64,000 bases of DNA from Vitrella brassicaformis CCMP3155 (taxonomy: Eukaryota > Protista > Chromerida), in contig CDMY01000249.1 in assembly GCA_001179505.1 (NCBI GenBank), positions 1-64,000 of the forward strand. Reading direction: 5' to 3'. The position numbers were made by a program, and so were the translations under genes. Below are positions 32,418 through 43,884 of the stretch, piece by piece. The notes beneath the pieces are model-generated. The model had not been told where the DNA came from. It saw only the letters and a list, made by a program, of their open reading frames with translations, and searched no databases. The stretch's first letter is position 1. Every line of letters begins with the position of its first letter.

Positions 32418-34903
32418 TTACATTCTACTCACGGATTTGGCTCTTTGAAGATCGAGTGCAGGCACCACAAGATGTCCCTTTCCGGGGCCCAGACCCGGTC
32501 CTGACCCACGCGGAGAATCTTTGTTCTGTGTGGGGGGCTGACAGACAGAGACGCCGCTGGTCGTCACAGTCGTGTGATGACCCGTTGAGCGATTGCCAGA
32601 TGACACACTCGCAGAAGCGATGGTGGTGGTGCCGATGCTGTTGTTGACGCTCGATGGCGTGCTGTCTGTAAGCGACACCACACACAGGAAACGCTGAATC
32701 TGTAGAGCATGCGAAGCTGTGCGTGAAAACCTCGGCCAATCTTGCGATGGAACGGACGCAGCCATCTTTGCGAGACCGACACTGGGGAGCTAGGGGCAGA
32801 ACGAAGCGAGACGTCACCTATAGGGCAGAACGAGACGACATCGGCAATGTACGGCGTTTGAAGGTATATGGGTTGACTTCGTCGATTGGAGCCACGACGT
32901 AGCCGTGCCCACAACGATTGCAGTGACCCTCCCCTCCCCCTTGTATCTGTGGGCGTGGTAATGTGAACGCCCGATACGGGACTGTCGGCCAGTACTGGGC
33001 AGTCAGGGACGCCAGACGGGGAACAGTCAGATCCCACCGCCGAACGCACACTTCCACGCGTGGTAGGACCTGCATAATAGGACGACCACGAATACACCAG
33101 AGAGCAATCGAATTGACGCTCTGCATCTATATAGACCTGATTTACGACGCCACGTCCAGGGCTTGAGCAGTTTCCGTCCCGGACTTCGTTGTTCACCTGC
33201 AGTCGAGTGCGAGATCCCCAGCTTTCTGAGAACCTGCCGGCAGACATCATGGGTACGTAAGGTCCTCGCTACTTGCCGTCTCTGGTTGTATGTGTGACCT
33301 CTTCGGCTGTGGGACGCTCGGTCGGGTTGTAGGCAAAACAACTCTGATCAACAATCACAATCACAAGGGAAACGCAGCGAGCAAGAAAGACTATCGAGAA
33401 AGGCACACTTGTGGCCTATTTATGGTGCTTTGCCTTGATGGCATTCTTGGTGTGCTTCGGCAGGTTTGCGGGGATGTCAGGGATCTGCAATCCAAAGAAT
33501 GAACACACTCGCACACAAGCACACTCACATGAATGAGATAGCAGCGTACCTTTCTATCATTGACGACTGCCTGACTGATTTGCCAGTCACGTAGGGCTTC
33601 AAACGGTGGCGGACCTACATCAAAACCGCCGTGCCTTGTTGTATCTGGCTTTTTCGTGAATGTGCTGAACCTCCATGAAGCACGACCAGTACTGAAGATA
33701 CGCACACGCACACATACACAAATGCACCAACAGGCGATGCACTAGTTGCACGTCTCGTTTGTATATGGATCACTTACTGCCTCCTAGTGCCCACACATCA
33801 ACCTTGTCCGAATCTGTATTTGTGGACGCAAAAATATATGATGTTGCTGTTTCATCCAGTATTTCGCGCGCACAACTGTTGCGAAATGCTTCGGGGGCCA
33901 TATAGTTGACAGTCCCTACGACTGCAGCCGACGAGGGGGCGTACGCAGGGACGGATTCACTTCTCGTTTCGTGCCTCGTACCGTCATTGAATTGGGACGA
34001 CAAAAAAACGCTTCGCCCTAAACCGAAATCCGCTATCTTGAGATCAAGTTTCTCATCCAACTGTTTAATAGATGAGACACTTTGTAGCCATCCACACTGC
34101 TATTGAGAGCTTTCTGCCTTGACCAACCAGGACGTTATCCGGTTTCAGGTCTCGATGCACGATTCCTTTGTCGTTCATGTATTGGACACCCTCATATTAC
34201 TGACAAAGGCATAACTTTCACATACACTGATGCAAAGGCCCAGGCTTGGCTTGTTTGGTGGATTGTCCGGTGTACCTGTCTAGCAAATTTGTCTCGCACA
34301 TCCTTCGGTAGCGGCCTGTTTTTCTCCAGATAGGACGACAGGTTTCCACCCTCACACAATTCTGATCAATAAGAAGGCACAGGGAGGAGGACACAGATAC
34401 AGATAAGGCTACCGGACCTAGTACCGGTCACAAGCATGAGCACTACGCGGCCATCCTTCACGTGTGGGCAGACACCGAAGATTTTGACTATGTTGGGATG
34501 CCGCAGTGGGAACATCGGCTCAGCCTCCATCAAAGCATCCTCCATCGTCTTAGCTATCAGATCCTGTGGACAAAATCCAGCTGTGTTTCTGCTCACACCT
34601 TCGCTCACTGTGCGTGTGTGCCCTCCGGTTTCTTGCTCACATCTTCGCTCACTTGTTTGCTCATTTCCTCGACAGTTCTCATGCCCCTGTATCTCTCCAT
34701 GTTTAGGATCTTCACCGCGACAGGGTCACCCCTCCACTTAGCGCTGTACACGAGCCCGAAGTTTCCCTCCCCTTGTGCACACACACACACACACACTCCT
34801 TGCTGACTCCCCGCAAGAGCCGACGTCCCTGGAGCTGACCAAATGGCTTCTGTTCCACAACAAGGTCCATCGCCTTTATCACAAAGCGAGGCGTCTTGGC
34901 CAT
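32418..34903 (-). CDS. TKL-like protein kinase, paralogue of the 8.8-12.2 kb kinase; probable premature stop; 3' end uncertain
   Basis: MAKTPRFVIKAMDLVVEQKPFG|EGNFGLVYSAKWRGDPVAVK, LRHPNIVKIFG, ELCEGGNL, IVHRDLKPDNVLV, KIADFG, GTVNYMAPE, KVDVWALG, RPTAEE. Intron positions match the first kinase. TAA at 34197-34199 directly follows the orthologous acceptor. Confidence 0.85.
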
Positions 34904-35376
34904 GACGTTCTCGCGGGAGGGGGGAGGAAGGGGGAGAGGGGAAACAAGGCGATCTCAATTGGGGGCCATTGGGGCCCTGAGGGGGGGGAGGGGGGGGGTA
35001 TTCAATCTATTGTCAACGGTCCATTTGTCTGATCATCATGACTCTGATGTACATACACACTCAGACATACAGGCGCATATTGACATTCATGCTAAGATGG
35101 ATGCAGGGTGCTCGTGCTATAACTGTGCAAGCTTGCCATCAGGTCTGACAGGCATTTGAGTGAGTGATGCAGTGCAATGCAGTGCAGGCAGCGCAATTCA
35201 CACGCCACGACGCCATAGTGGTGTGTAGTGGACACTCAAGCTTAAGTGCATCCATCGATTCGCAACCCTCATTTAACGGCTTAAGGTGTAGTAGCACTCA
35301 GGACCACACCAGACCACCGTGCTGTCTGCCCGCACGCCCGCATCAGCCTGTACGCTCCAGCTCTGTCGTTAAATCC

Positions 35377-38104
35377 TCATGGCCCCTCCACTTTGCCAAA
35401 TCTATCGGCGTCTTCCCCTTTACACACACACACACATACACACACACATACAGCGAGAGAAATTGCTTCGCCATGGCTCTGTGTGTGTATTCTTACGCGT
35501 CTGTTGGTTTTCCTAAGCAGTTCTCTGCCGCCCTCCTTATTGATCATACACATCACCGCCTCCCTATTTCCTTGCAGGCAAGCCAGGTGCATAGGAGTGT
35601 TGCCGAGCTGCATGCAGTGGAAACGGAGGGAAGAGAGTGACAACAGAGACCACTTCTCTCCTGTCTCCGCTGACCGTGTTGGTTTTCTGGAGCAGCGTCA
35701 CTCCTCCTTCCTTCAACAGATATTCTATCGCCTCCACACGATTGCCGCTGGCAGACATGTGGAGGGGGGTCAGGCCGTATTGGTTGAAGCTTTCGAGTGC
35801 CATCGGGGTGCCGGTCCAGTCGACCAGCTGTTGCAACACACTCACATGACCACCGAACGCAGCGTCGTGGAAAATTGTCAGACCCTGAAGAGAGACAGCG
35901 GCAAGATTTGTGTAGGAGACATGATTTGTGCATGAGACGACTATACGTTGGATTCCAGTGAGAGGATAAAGTCGACGCCTTTTCGCTCGACGATGGCCCT
36001 GAGCACCGCCAGCTGTCCCTCCTCCGCAGCAACGCCGACAATCGTGCGACCATACTAAATGCAAGAGACACAGCAGGCACGCGAAAGCTGCATGAACGAT
36101 ACACTTGTCTGTCTGCCTGTCTGTCATTTGAAAACAACCCTGACCTTGTCTTGGATGGTGAGAAAGCGGTCTCCCCCAATGTCTAGCAGCAGATTGACTA
36201 CCGAGACATGCCCTCGTTTCGCTGCAAGATGTATGGGGGTGGGCTCTTCTTGAACCTTCGTCCGTTTCTCAATGAGGTGCTTCCCTCCTCGCTTGACAGT
36301 CTCCTTGACCAACATCTCCTGGCCGTTCTGGGTGCTGTAGTGCAGGGGCGTGAGGCCGTTATCGTCAGTCATTTCGAGACACTCAGGCCCCTCTTCGTTG
36401 GTGATGAATTTGATCAACGCCTTCAGGTCACCCTCGGCACAAAACTGGGAAAAGTCCAAAACGTGAAGGAAGAATGACATGGCCTGAGTCGTAAACTGTC
36501 GGCAGTGTGGGCACCTCAAAGATTCGGTCCTGAGACAAGAGACAAGAGACACGAGTCATAAGACATTTTGCCGACCATGGTTCATCTTCTGCCGACCTTT
36601 TCACTTGCTGTCGTCTTTGCATCTCGATGCGCGCTTTTGCCATCAACACGGGCGATCTGAAAGAGGATATGAAAGGAGATACACGAAACATGATACACAA
36701 ACAGGGGGAAAACACGAGAAGCATATGATTTATGCCCTTGCCTTTCCGCTTGCTCTTCGATCCGTGTCTCGACCTGTACCTCGATCATCGATCGCTGTGG
36801 TATGGCCTGAAAGCAAAACGAGACAAGATTTTGCTGAACTATTGTCTCTCCTGCCAATGCATACTGTCAACGCTGATTGGTTCGCTGGCTTCCCACACGT
36901 AAGCATTCCGCTGCCGCTCCTCCTTCATGACGACCGTGCCGTCGTCCACACACATGAGATGGTCCGACAGGCCCACGCACGACAGAGTCGACAGCTTGCT
37001 GTACGTAGCACTGATCCTCCGCCCCGGGTGTGCTTTTCCGTGCTGATTTCGTCGTCCTTGGACGCCGAGGGCTTACAGCAAGCAGAGCAAGCAGAGAAAG
37101 ACTTGCACAAGTCGAATGGCTTGCCCATGTGGGCAGGCATCATCTCCCAGTGCTCATTCTCCGCCTCCTTCTTTTTGTCAGTCTTGTCGATCCCGATGGT
37201 CGGCTCGTCAGTAGGAATACCAAGTACGAGTACCTTCTTACTCTCGTGCACTCGAAGCGTCAGACGCGGGAAGGCCACTGGCACAATGCGAAAGGTGTCC
37301 CTGGAGCAGAGGGAGTCTTCGTACTTCCTCCAAAGTTGTGAAGTTTTGAATTCAAGACGGCTCGAAAGCCAACTCACTCTGCGACCAGTAGCCGGTTCCA
37401 AGACCACATACACTTCATCAGCAACTCCAGGCTCGGCTGTGAGAAAGCAATCTGTGTAGACGTTGCGGAGCCGAAATGGCTTGGCGTCTCTGTTCTTTTG
37501 CCGACGAATGTATTCATTTCGGGCGATAAATGGTGGGTTGGCCTTGACGAGCACAATGCCACTCTCGTCCTGATACCAATCAGGGTGAATCATCCGGTTG
37601 ACGACCTGGTGTTTGCTGTCCTCGATGAAGATTGAGAGGCGGCATGGGCTGATGGTTTCGAGGTGGGTGTCTTCATTGACGTCAAGCAGCTGCCAGTCCT
37701 CCGCAGCTCAAAAGTATCCGAATTCAATCTCTATGTCCTTCTCTTCGTCTTGTTCGTGACTGAATTAACGAGAATCTGATGCATGCAACCGACGGGCATC
37801 TCTCTCTCCAACGATTCATACCTGATCTCTTTCTGGGGCTCCACCTCCAAGCCAGCATCGACGGGACCAACTCCCACATTGAGCCCCACTCTGAAGGCTC
37901 CCCTGTCATACTCCTTCTCAGCTCTCTTGAGCTGCTTCTTAACCTTCTGTATATCGCCCACAGGTACAAGCTTCACCTGACAGAAGGCACGCCCACTGTC
38001 CCAGCGGAACGGTTACCCCCGGCTTCGCTTACCGATGCGGCGCTGTTGGTCTTGTTGAGGATGCGGAGCGCGGATTTTCTGGCGATTGGCGTGTCCGAAG
38101 CCAT
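35377..38104 (-). pseudogene. Paralogue 1: unrecognised N-terminal domain + beta-trefoil-like region + ankyrin repeats, disrupted
   Basis: MASDTPIARKSALRILNKTNSAAS|VKLVP... aligns exon by exon with 45860-48372. TGA at 37708-37710 where paralogue 2 has Arg, plus a frameshift near 37025. Ankyrin exons GLTPLHYS, PTPIHLAAKRGH, GLTPLHMSA, GNTPMHLAC. Confidence 0.75.
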
Positions 38105-38643
38105 TTCGATTTCTCCTTGCAATTGGGGGCCAGTGGGGGCGCAACAGTCTCGAGCCCGAACGCGTTTGAACAACTGCCTGTGGCCAGACCTCCTGCTGTT
38201 ATCGATAGGGTAAGGGAATGAACTGAGGCAGCGAACAATGATGTGTTCCGCTGTTATGTTGACGCGTGATTCGGATGCAGGCAAGGGGGAGAGTTCGAAG
38301 GGTGGCATCGAATGGGGGATTCGGATGCAGGCAAGGGGCGGCATCGAAGGGTGGTTCTCCGGCTTTTTGTAGCTTTCTCCACGGCTTTCTTTGGGGTTCA
38401 ATGTGAGGCGACGGTGGACCAACGGATGTAAGTAACACAGCTTCACAGAGGCATCATGTGCCTGCCTGTCTGTCTGTCTGTCTGTGTGCAGGTGTGGCTG
38501 TCTGGCTGAGTGGCCGATGGCTTCGCCGCGCTGATGGTGACGATGCGGCCGTCTAGTGGCGCGATGGCCCTCTCCCCACCGCTGCTGAGTGCTGCTCGTC
38601 TCTCTCTCTCTGTGTGTGTGTGTGTGTGGATCCATTATCACTG

Positions 38644-39860
38644 ATGGGCGAGTTCGACAGCGACGAGATGAAGATGCGCCGCCGCCAGGCCGCCTTAGAC
38701 AAGTTTGCAGAGCTCTACGGATACCGATACGCGTACAACCACCGGTGAGTGGGGCAGGGAGAACACACTCGAAGGCGATCGTGTGGTTGGCTGCCTGCGT
38801 GTGTGTGGTGTGGTCTTTGTTTGCAGTGGTGTGGGATATGTGTGTGGCGCGTCGGAGTCGGCCGCTCGCAACCGTGGCTATTCCATTCTCACCCACCCAG
38901 CAGGCACTCAAACCACTGAGAGGGCGGCACAGCCACAGCCACAGCACAGGAGGGGCAGACACAGCCACAGACCGCCTGTACGAGTGTGTTCACTCATTTA
39001 CAGCACAAACCCACGTGAATGTGCGTTTTTTTTTGGTTTTTTTTCGTTCCACAGGTGCCCCAGCGGCACCGGCGGACACATCAGCCGACCGCGCCATGAC
39101 ACGCGCAGAGATCGAGGCCATGGAAGATGCGTCTGCTTCATGTGTATGTGTGCGTGCGCATGGACAACGGCCTCACACACACGTGTGTCCATGTTTCTTG
39201 GCAGCTATTGATGACGAGTTGCGTCAGGCGCTGCTGCTGTCGCTGCAGGAAGACGCTGCACCGCCGGCCGCTGGTAGGCAGGCTGGCAGGGGAGGGAGGG
39301 ATGACGGATGTGAGGTGATGCACACGCTGTTCGTATCTGTGTGTGTGTGCAGACGTCCCGATGGAGCAGGCCAGCAGGAGGAGCAACCCGCTGCACCTGC
39401 CGCTGCCGCTGCTGCCGGTGCGCACACACACATGCGCGGCACTCTCTCTCTCTCTCTCTCGCTCTCTCTCACGACGCTTTGCCTGTGTGTGTGTGTGTCA
39501 TTGGGTCGGCAGGAGCCTCAGCAACTGCTGCTGCAAGTGCTGGTGCTGGGTGCTTCCGCGTTCGTGGAGCGGGTACACACAGAAGCAGACAAGGATGTCA
39601 TCCCGTCGATCCTCTTTGTGTGTGTGTGTGTGTGTGTGTGCGTAAGGTCAGATGTTGGGCAGCCTGGTGGGCGTCGACGTCAACGACCCCCGCATCAGGG
39701 AGGCACTGCAGCAGGTACGCAACTGTCCATGCTTCCATAAGTGTGTGGTGAGATGTGGTGTGCTGTGTGGTTATGTGTGCAGCTGCATGGTGGGCAGGGT
39801 GAGGGTCCGTCTGGTGCCGAGGGTGGCGACAAGAAAGACGACAGTGACAAGAAGCAGTGA
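38644..39860 (+). pseudogene. Rpn10/PSMD4 C-terminal-like fragment (UIM + C-terminal motif) with no vWA domain
   Basis: MTRAEIEAMEDA|IDDELRQALLLSLQE (UIM) and SAFVER|MLGSLVGVDVNDPRIREALQQ|GEGPSGAEGGDKKDDSDKKQ*. Frameshift near 39548-39550. The upstream exon MGEFDSDEMKMRRRQAALDKFAELYGYRYAYNHR is not recognisably Rpn10. Confidence 0.55.
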
Positions 39861-40038
39861 GGGAGGGATGGATGTGTCGGGTGGGGCACACGGCTGGCTG
39901 GTTGCTGTCTTTGCACGTGTGTGAGGGCTGTCTGTCCATCATAGATAGACCCAGACAAAATCTTGAGCCTGTCTGTCTGTATGGTTGTCTGTCCTTGCTT
40001 GACTTGCAACATGGAATGATGCGTTACCTGAAAAGCTG

Positions 40039-42170
40039 TCAACCAACTGGGCATTGCAAAGCACTTGCACAGATGAGACATGAGGAAGCGGCTGTGGGTG
40101 TTTGTTTGTGGGTGTTTGTTTGTGGGTGTGTATGCACAAGCCAACCAATTTGAGTCCGTATCCAATTGTGCTGCACACTAAAGGCTTTCATACGCATACA
40201 CATACACACAAAGTCAGGTCGTCTTTCCCCTCTTCCTCTTCCGTTTCCCTTTCCCTTTCCCTTCCCATACGGTATCCGCTTGACTCTCCACCTACTATCC
40301 GGGGTTATCCTTAACCTGTCAAACCACACCTTGTCGCCTATCGTTCTCGCACGTCTCGCAATGTAAAGAAGAACATCCAGCGAAGACTCAGCGACCTTCT
40401 GTGTGTGCGAATGCAGGTACCGTATGAGTAAAAAAAGAAAGCACAGCGCCTCTTTCTTGTCTCCCTGCTCTAACCAATCCATCTGTGTCATGACCACATC
40501 GCGATCATCTTCTCTGTCGGACCCGCGAAAAAAGTAATCGCATCGAGGAAAACACACACACCACAGCCGCTTCAAGTCAGTGACAATCACAGGAGAGTTC
40601 GATGCACCCCCCTCAAAGGAAGCTTGCTGCAGTAACTTACGAATCTCTTTCGGTGTGCGTGGCTGGAGAAAGCGCCTGCCGCCAACCAACATCCCATGCT
40701 CCTCTACGTTGGGCAAAAACGAGTCTGTTTTGGTTTTCGGTGCCATCTTCGCCTCAGAACAACAAAAAATGACAGAGGCTGCCTGGTCAAACAAAAACGC
40801 CGTGTCCCCTGCCTTGCCCGTGAAGCGCTCGTAAGACAGTTGCTTCTCTCCTTCCTTAAAAGTTTTGAAAAGAAGCCTAGGTACTGGCTTGCCAGTGTCA
40901 TCCGCTTCCACAGCCACAGACACTCCACTGGACAAGCCACACACTTGCAAGAAAGGACCCTTTAAACGACCCAGAGGGTCTCGCACAGCTGGACCTTCCC
41001 TCTTCCCTTCCTGCCTAAGTTCTTCTGACTCAGTCTGCATATCCTCAAATTGCGCCAGCAGGACCGCAGACTGCTTCAGGCCCTCGTCTATCTCGTCATC
41101 AGTGCAGCCAGTGATAGCCTTGATCATCTGACGCCATGTCAGCAGCTCCACAGAAAAATGCTTGACCTTCCCTGTCGTCACTAGTGAGATGATTGCTCCT
41201 GCTGGCGCCTGCGAAAATTCTCCTCCTCCCCGAGCTCTTTCATCTGCATTAGCATGGTGATCAACTGGAGCGTCTTGTCGTTCTCCTCGTTCAACCTCTT
41301 GTTCAAGAACTCCTTGGTCACGGCGTCTGCAGCGCACACGTACACACAGACAGACAAAGACACCCATGTGGCGCGTTATGTCCGTGGCCAGGTCGCTTTC
41401 TCTCTCTCTCTCGCTCTCTCTGTCGTCATATGTGCGCATTTCTCTCTTTCTCTTGTCGTCATCTGTGTGTGTGTGTGTGTCGCTCTCCCTCCCTCCCTCC
41501 TCCCTGCCTCTCTGTGTGTGAGGTGCGAGCGTACCAGGGCGCTGTGTGCTGCCGATTGCTTGGTCCAGGGTATTGAGTCGGTTATCGAGGTCGCTGCGTG
41601 CCTTCATGGTCGCCAGAATGAGCTGGTCGGTGTTGAGGATGCGCTGCTCGAGGAATTTGCGTCTGTCGGGATCCTTCTCCTGCTCGAGCTGCTGCTGCAG
41701 TTCTGCCCTCGCTTGCTCGACTTCTGCCTTTTCCTGCTCGATTTTTGCTTTCTCCTGCTCCAGCGCCGCCTTCTGTTCCCGAAGCTCCTTGATGAGACTG
41801 TCCAGGTCGGCGGCGGAGACGGCGTCGGCGTCCTTGATTACCTGCACCCCGCACACACACACACATTCACGTGCCTGCGTCAGTTATCGGCCGCCTCGCC
41901 TGCCTCCCTCTCCCACCGACCCACCATGAGTGCAGTGGAGCCACGGAGCCGCCGGCGTCGAGGGGGAGTGGACGAAGATGACGGCACCATGACGGTGGGC
42001 AGAGGCCAGGCGGCCATCCACTCAGTCGGCTCGGCTCGCCCCACGTCCAGCTGCTGCTGGCCAGCAGAGTGGACACCCACATGCTGCAGGTGGCGAACGG
42101 CATGGCCGAGAGGAGGCACGAATGCGACGACGGCAGTGGCCCACACTCCCACCAGCAGCGGCAGCAGCAT
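40039..42170 (-). CDS. Signal/transit peptide + coiled coil + putative PD-(D/E)xK (restriction-endonuclease-fold) domain protein; 3' end uncertain
   Basis: Exon 1 MLLPLLVGVWATAVVAFVPP...RRRRLRGSTALM|; coiled coil LIKELREQKAALEQEKAKIEQEKAEVEQARAELQQQLEQ; large exon with GVSVAVEADD..FTGKAGDTAFLFDQAASVIFCCSEAK. A frame change is needed near 41200-41230. Confidence 0.6.
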
Positions 42171-42832
42171 GGTCTGCGTGCCTACAATTGCGTCAGTCAC
42201 ATGCACACACACAGACAGACAGACAGATGGGGACTGATTGATTGATTGGTCGGGTGGCCGGATGCCGCGCGCCTCTCTCGGCCCTGACGTACCTGTACCT
42301 GCGTGAGACACCAGTCTGATTGTTTGAGTCTATCGAGGCGGCGAGCGAACACGTGAGGCAAAATTGACCGATCTGACGCACACACACCGATCCCAGCGAG
42401 GCTCACAGCTCGGTGTGGTCTGCCTCGGTACCTGACGCTGATGGACGGGCGGCAGCGGAGGTCCTCACTGGAGATGCTGCACAGAAATTGAAGCAAAGCG
42501 ACAGCTGAGGAATCCACAAGCATGCTGCCTTCAGATCTTCGAGTTCCTCACCTTCCTGGATGCTCATCAATCAATCAATTCTCCAAACCTTCCTGGATGC
42601 TCAGACGGGCAGATCAGCAGATCACCTCAGACGCTTCCCTGCTGGTCCATGGCATCAGAGCTGACCCCATGGATTCTGCTGGTCTCGGAGGCTGCAGTAA
42701 CAGACGTAGCTCGCACACCTGTTTCACGGTCGTTTCACGCTTCATCTCTAGCCTGTCAGCTTCACCTGTTCACGCTTCATCTCTAGCACGTCAGCTTCAC
42801 CTGTCTGCACAAGCTCCCCCGTCAGATCTGCC

Positions 42833-43884
42833 ATGATGATGGAGTTCGCAGCAGCCCTCGTTGGCCTCGTTGCCCTTGTCAGCAGTGTCATAGCAGAGGA
42901 GGCGTTCGTGTCCCCTCCCGCCGCCCTGCCGGCCCCGCTCCGCCGACTCCGTCAAAGCAGTGTGCCCCGCATGGCTGTCGACATCTCCAAGGGCATCAAC
43001 GGTGCGGTGGCTCCCTTTCCCCTTGGCTGGGACCCCTCTCGGTCTGGCTAGCGGCCCCGATGTCGGTGAGAATGAGGTAGGCATTCGAAAGACGCAAGGC
43101 GAGGGAGGAGACGACTCGGTGTGTCTGTGTGTCTGCATGTGTGTGGCTGTGCTGTGGCTGTCCTCCATGTGCAGATCAAGCGCTGGCGTGAGGCTGAGCT
43201 GAAGCACGGCCGTGTCTGCATGCTCGCCGCCCTCGGCATGCTCGTGCAGGAGAACTTCAATCCGCTCTTCGACGGCAAGATCACTGGACCCGCTATCAGT
43301 ATGTGGCAGCAGCGAGGACACTCAGCAGCCACCTTTCCTGTGCTCACTGTCACTGTGTGATGTCGATGTGTGTGCAGATCATTTCCAGCAGGTGCCCTTC
43401 CCCTTCCAGGCCATTATCGTGGCGGGCATCTTCGGCATTGAGGCCTACAGGTGAGCTCTCGGCCCAGCCACCCACACACACCGATCGACGCAGCATCTCA
43501 TCTATCTGCATTGCGTCTCCGCCCGTGTCCTTCCTGTGTGTATTGGTGTTGGTGCGCAGCATCCGCAGGGGGTGGGCGAAGCCGAGGAGCAACAAACTGT
43601 TCGTACTGAGAAAGGACTACGAGGCGGGCAACCTCGGCTTCGACCCCTTCAACCTCGAGCCAGATACCGAGGATGCCTTCAATGACCTGCGCGCCAAGGA
43701 GCTTAACAACGGCCGCCTGGCCATGATCGCCGTTGCCGGTATCGTTGCCCAGGAGCTCGTCGGTGAGCAGGAAACACGCTCAAGGATCTCTCCACGTGCT
43801 TATTGTCTGTGTGGCCGTGTCTGTGTGTGGCGTCGTCCAGACGGGCAGGAGATTCTTGAGCATTTGGGCGTTACTACTGGCTGA
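42833..43884 (+). CDS. LHCX: Light-harvesting complex protein, LI818/LHCSR/Lhcx-like
   Basis: Presequence ..[13 protein letters not shown]..; WDPLGLA; helix 1 [18 protein letters not shown]; [11 protein letters not shown]|xHFQQ (LI818-type); [14 protein letters not shown]; helix 3 [22 protein letters not shown]|DGQEILEHL. An extra C at 43033-43036 shifts the frame. Confidence 0.9.

Noticed and set aside
37708-37710. TGA as selenocysteine or readthrough
   Set aside because: The paralogue has Arg here, not Cys, and a separate frameshift lies downstream, so it is best read as a nonsense mutation.
37973-38968. 331-aa minus-strand ORF
   Set aside because: Only its last part (from ATG 38104) is conserved as coding in the paralogue. 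The rest crosses promoter DNA, microsatellites and antisense exons.
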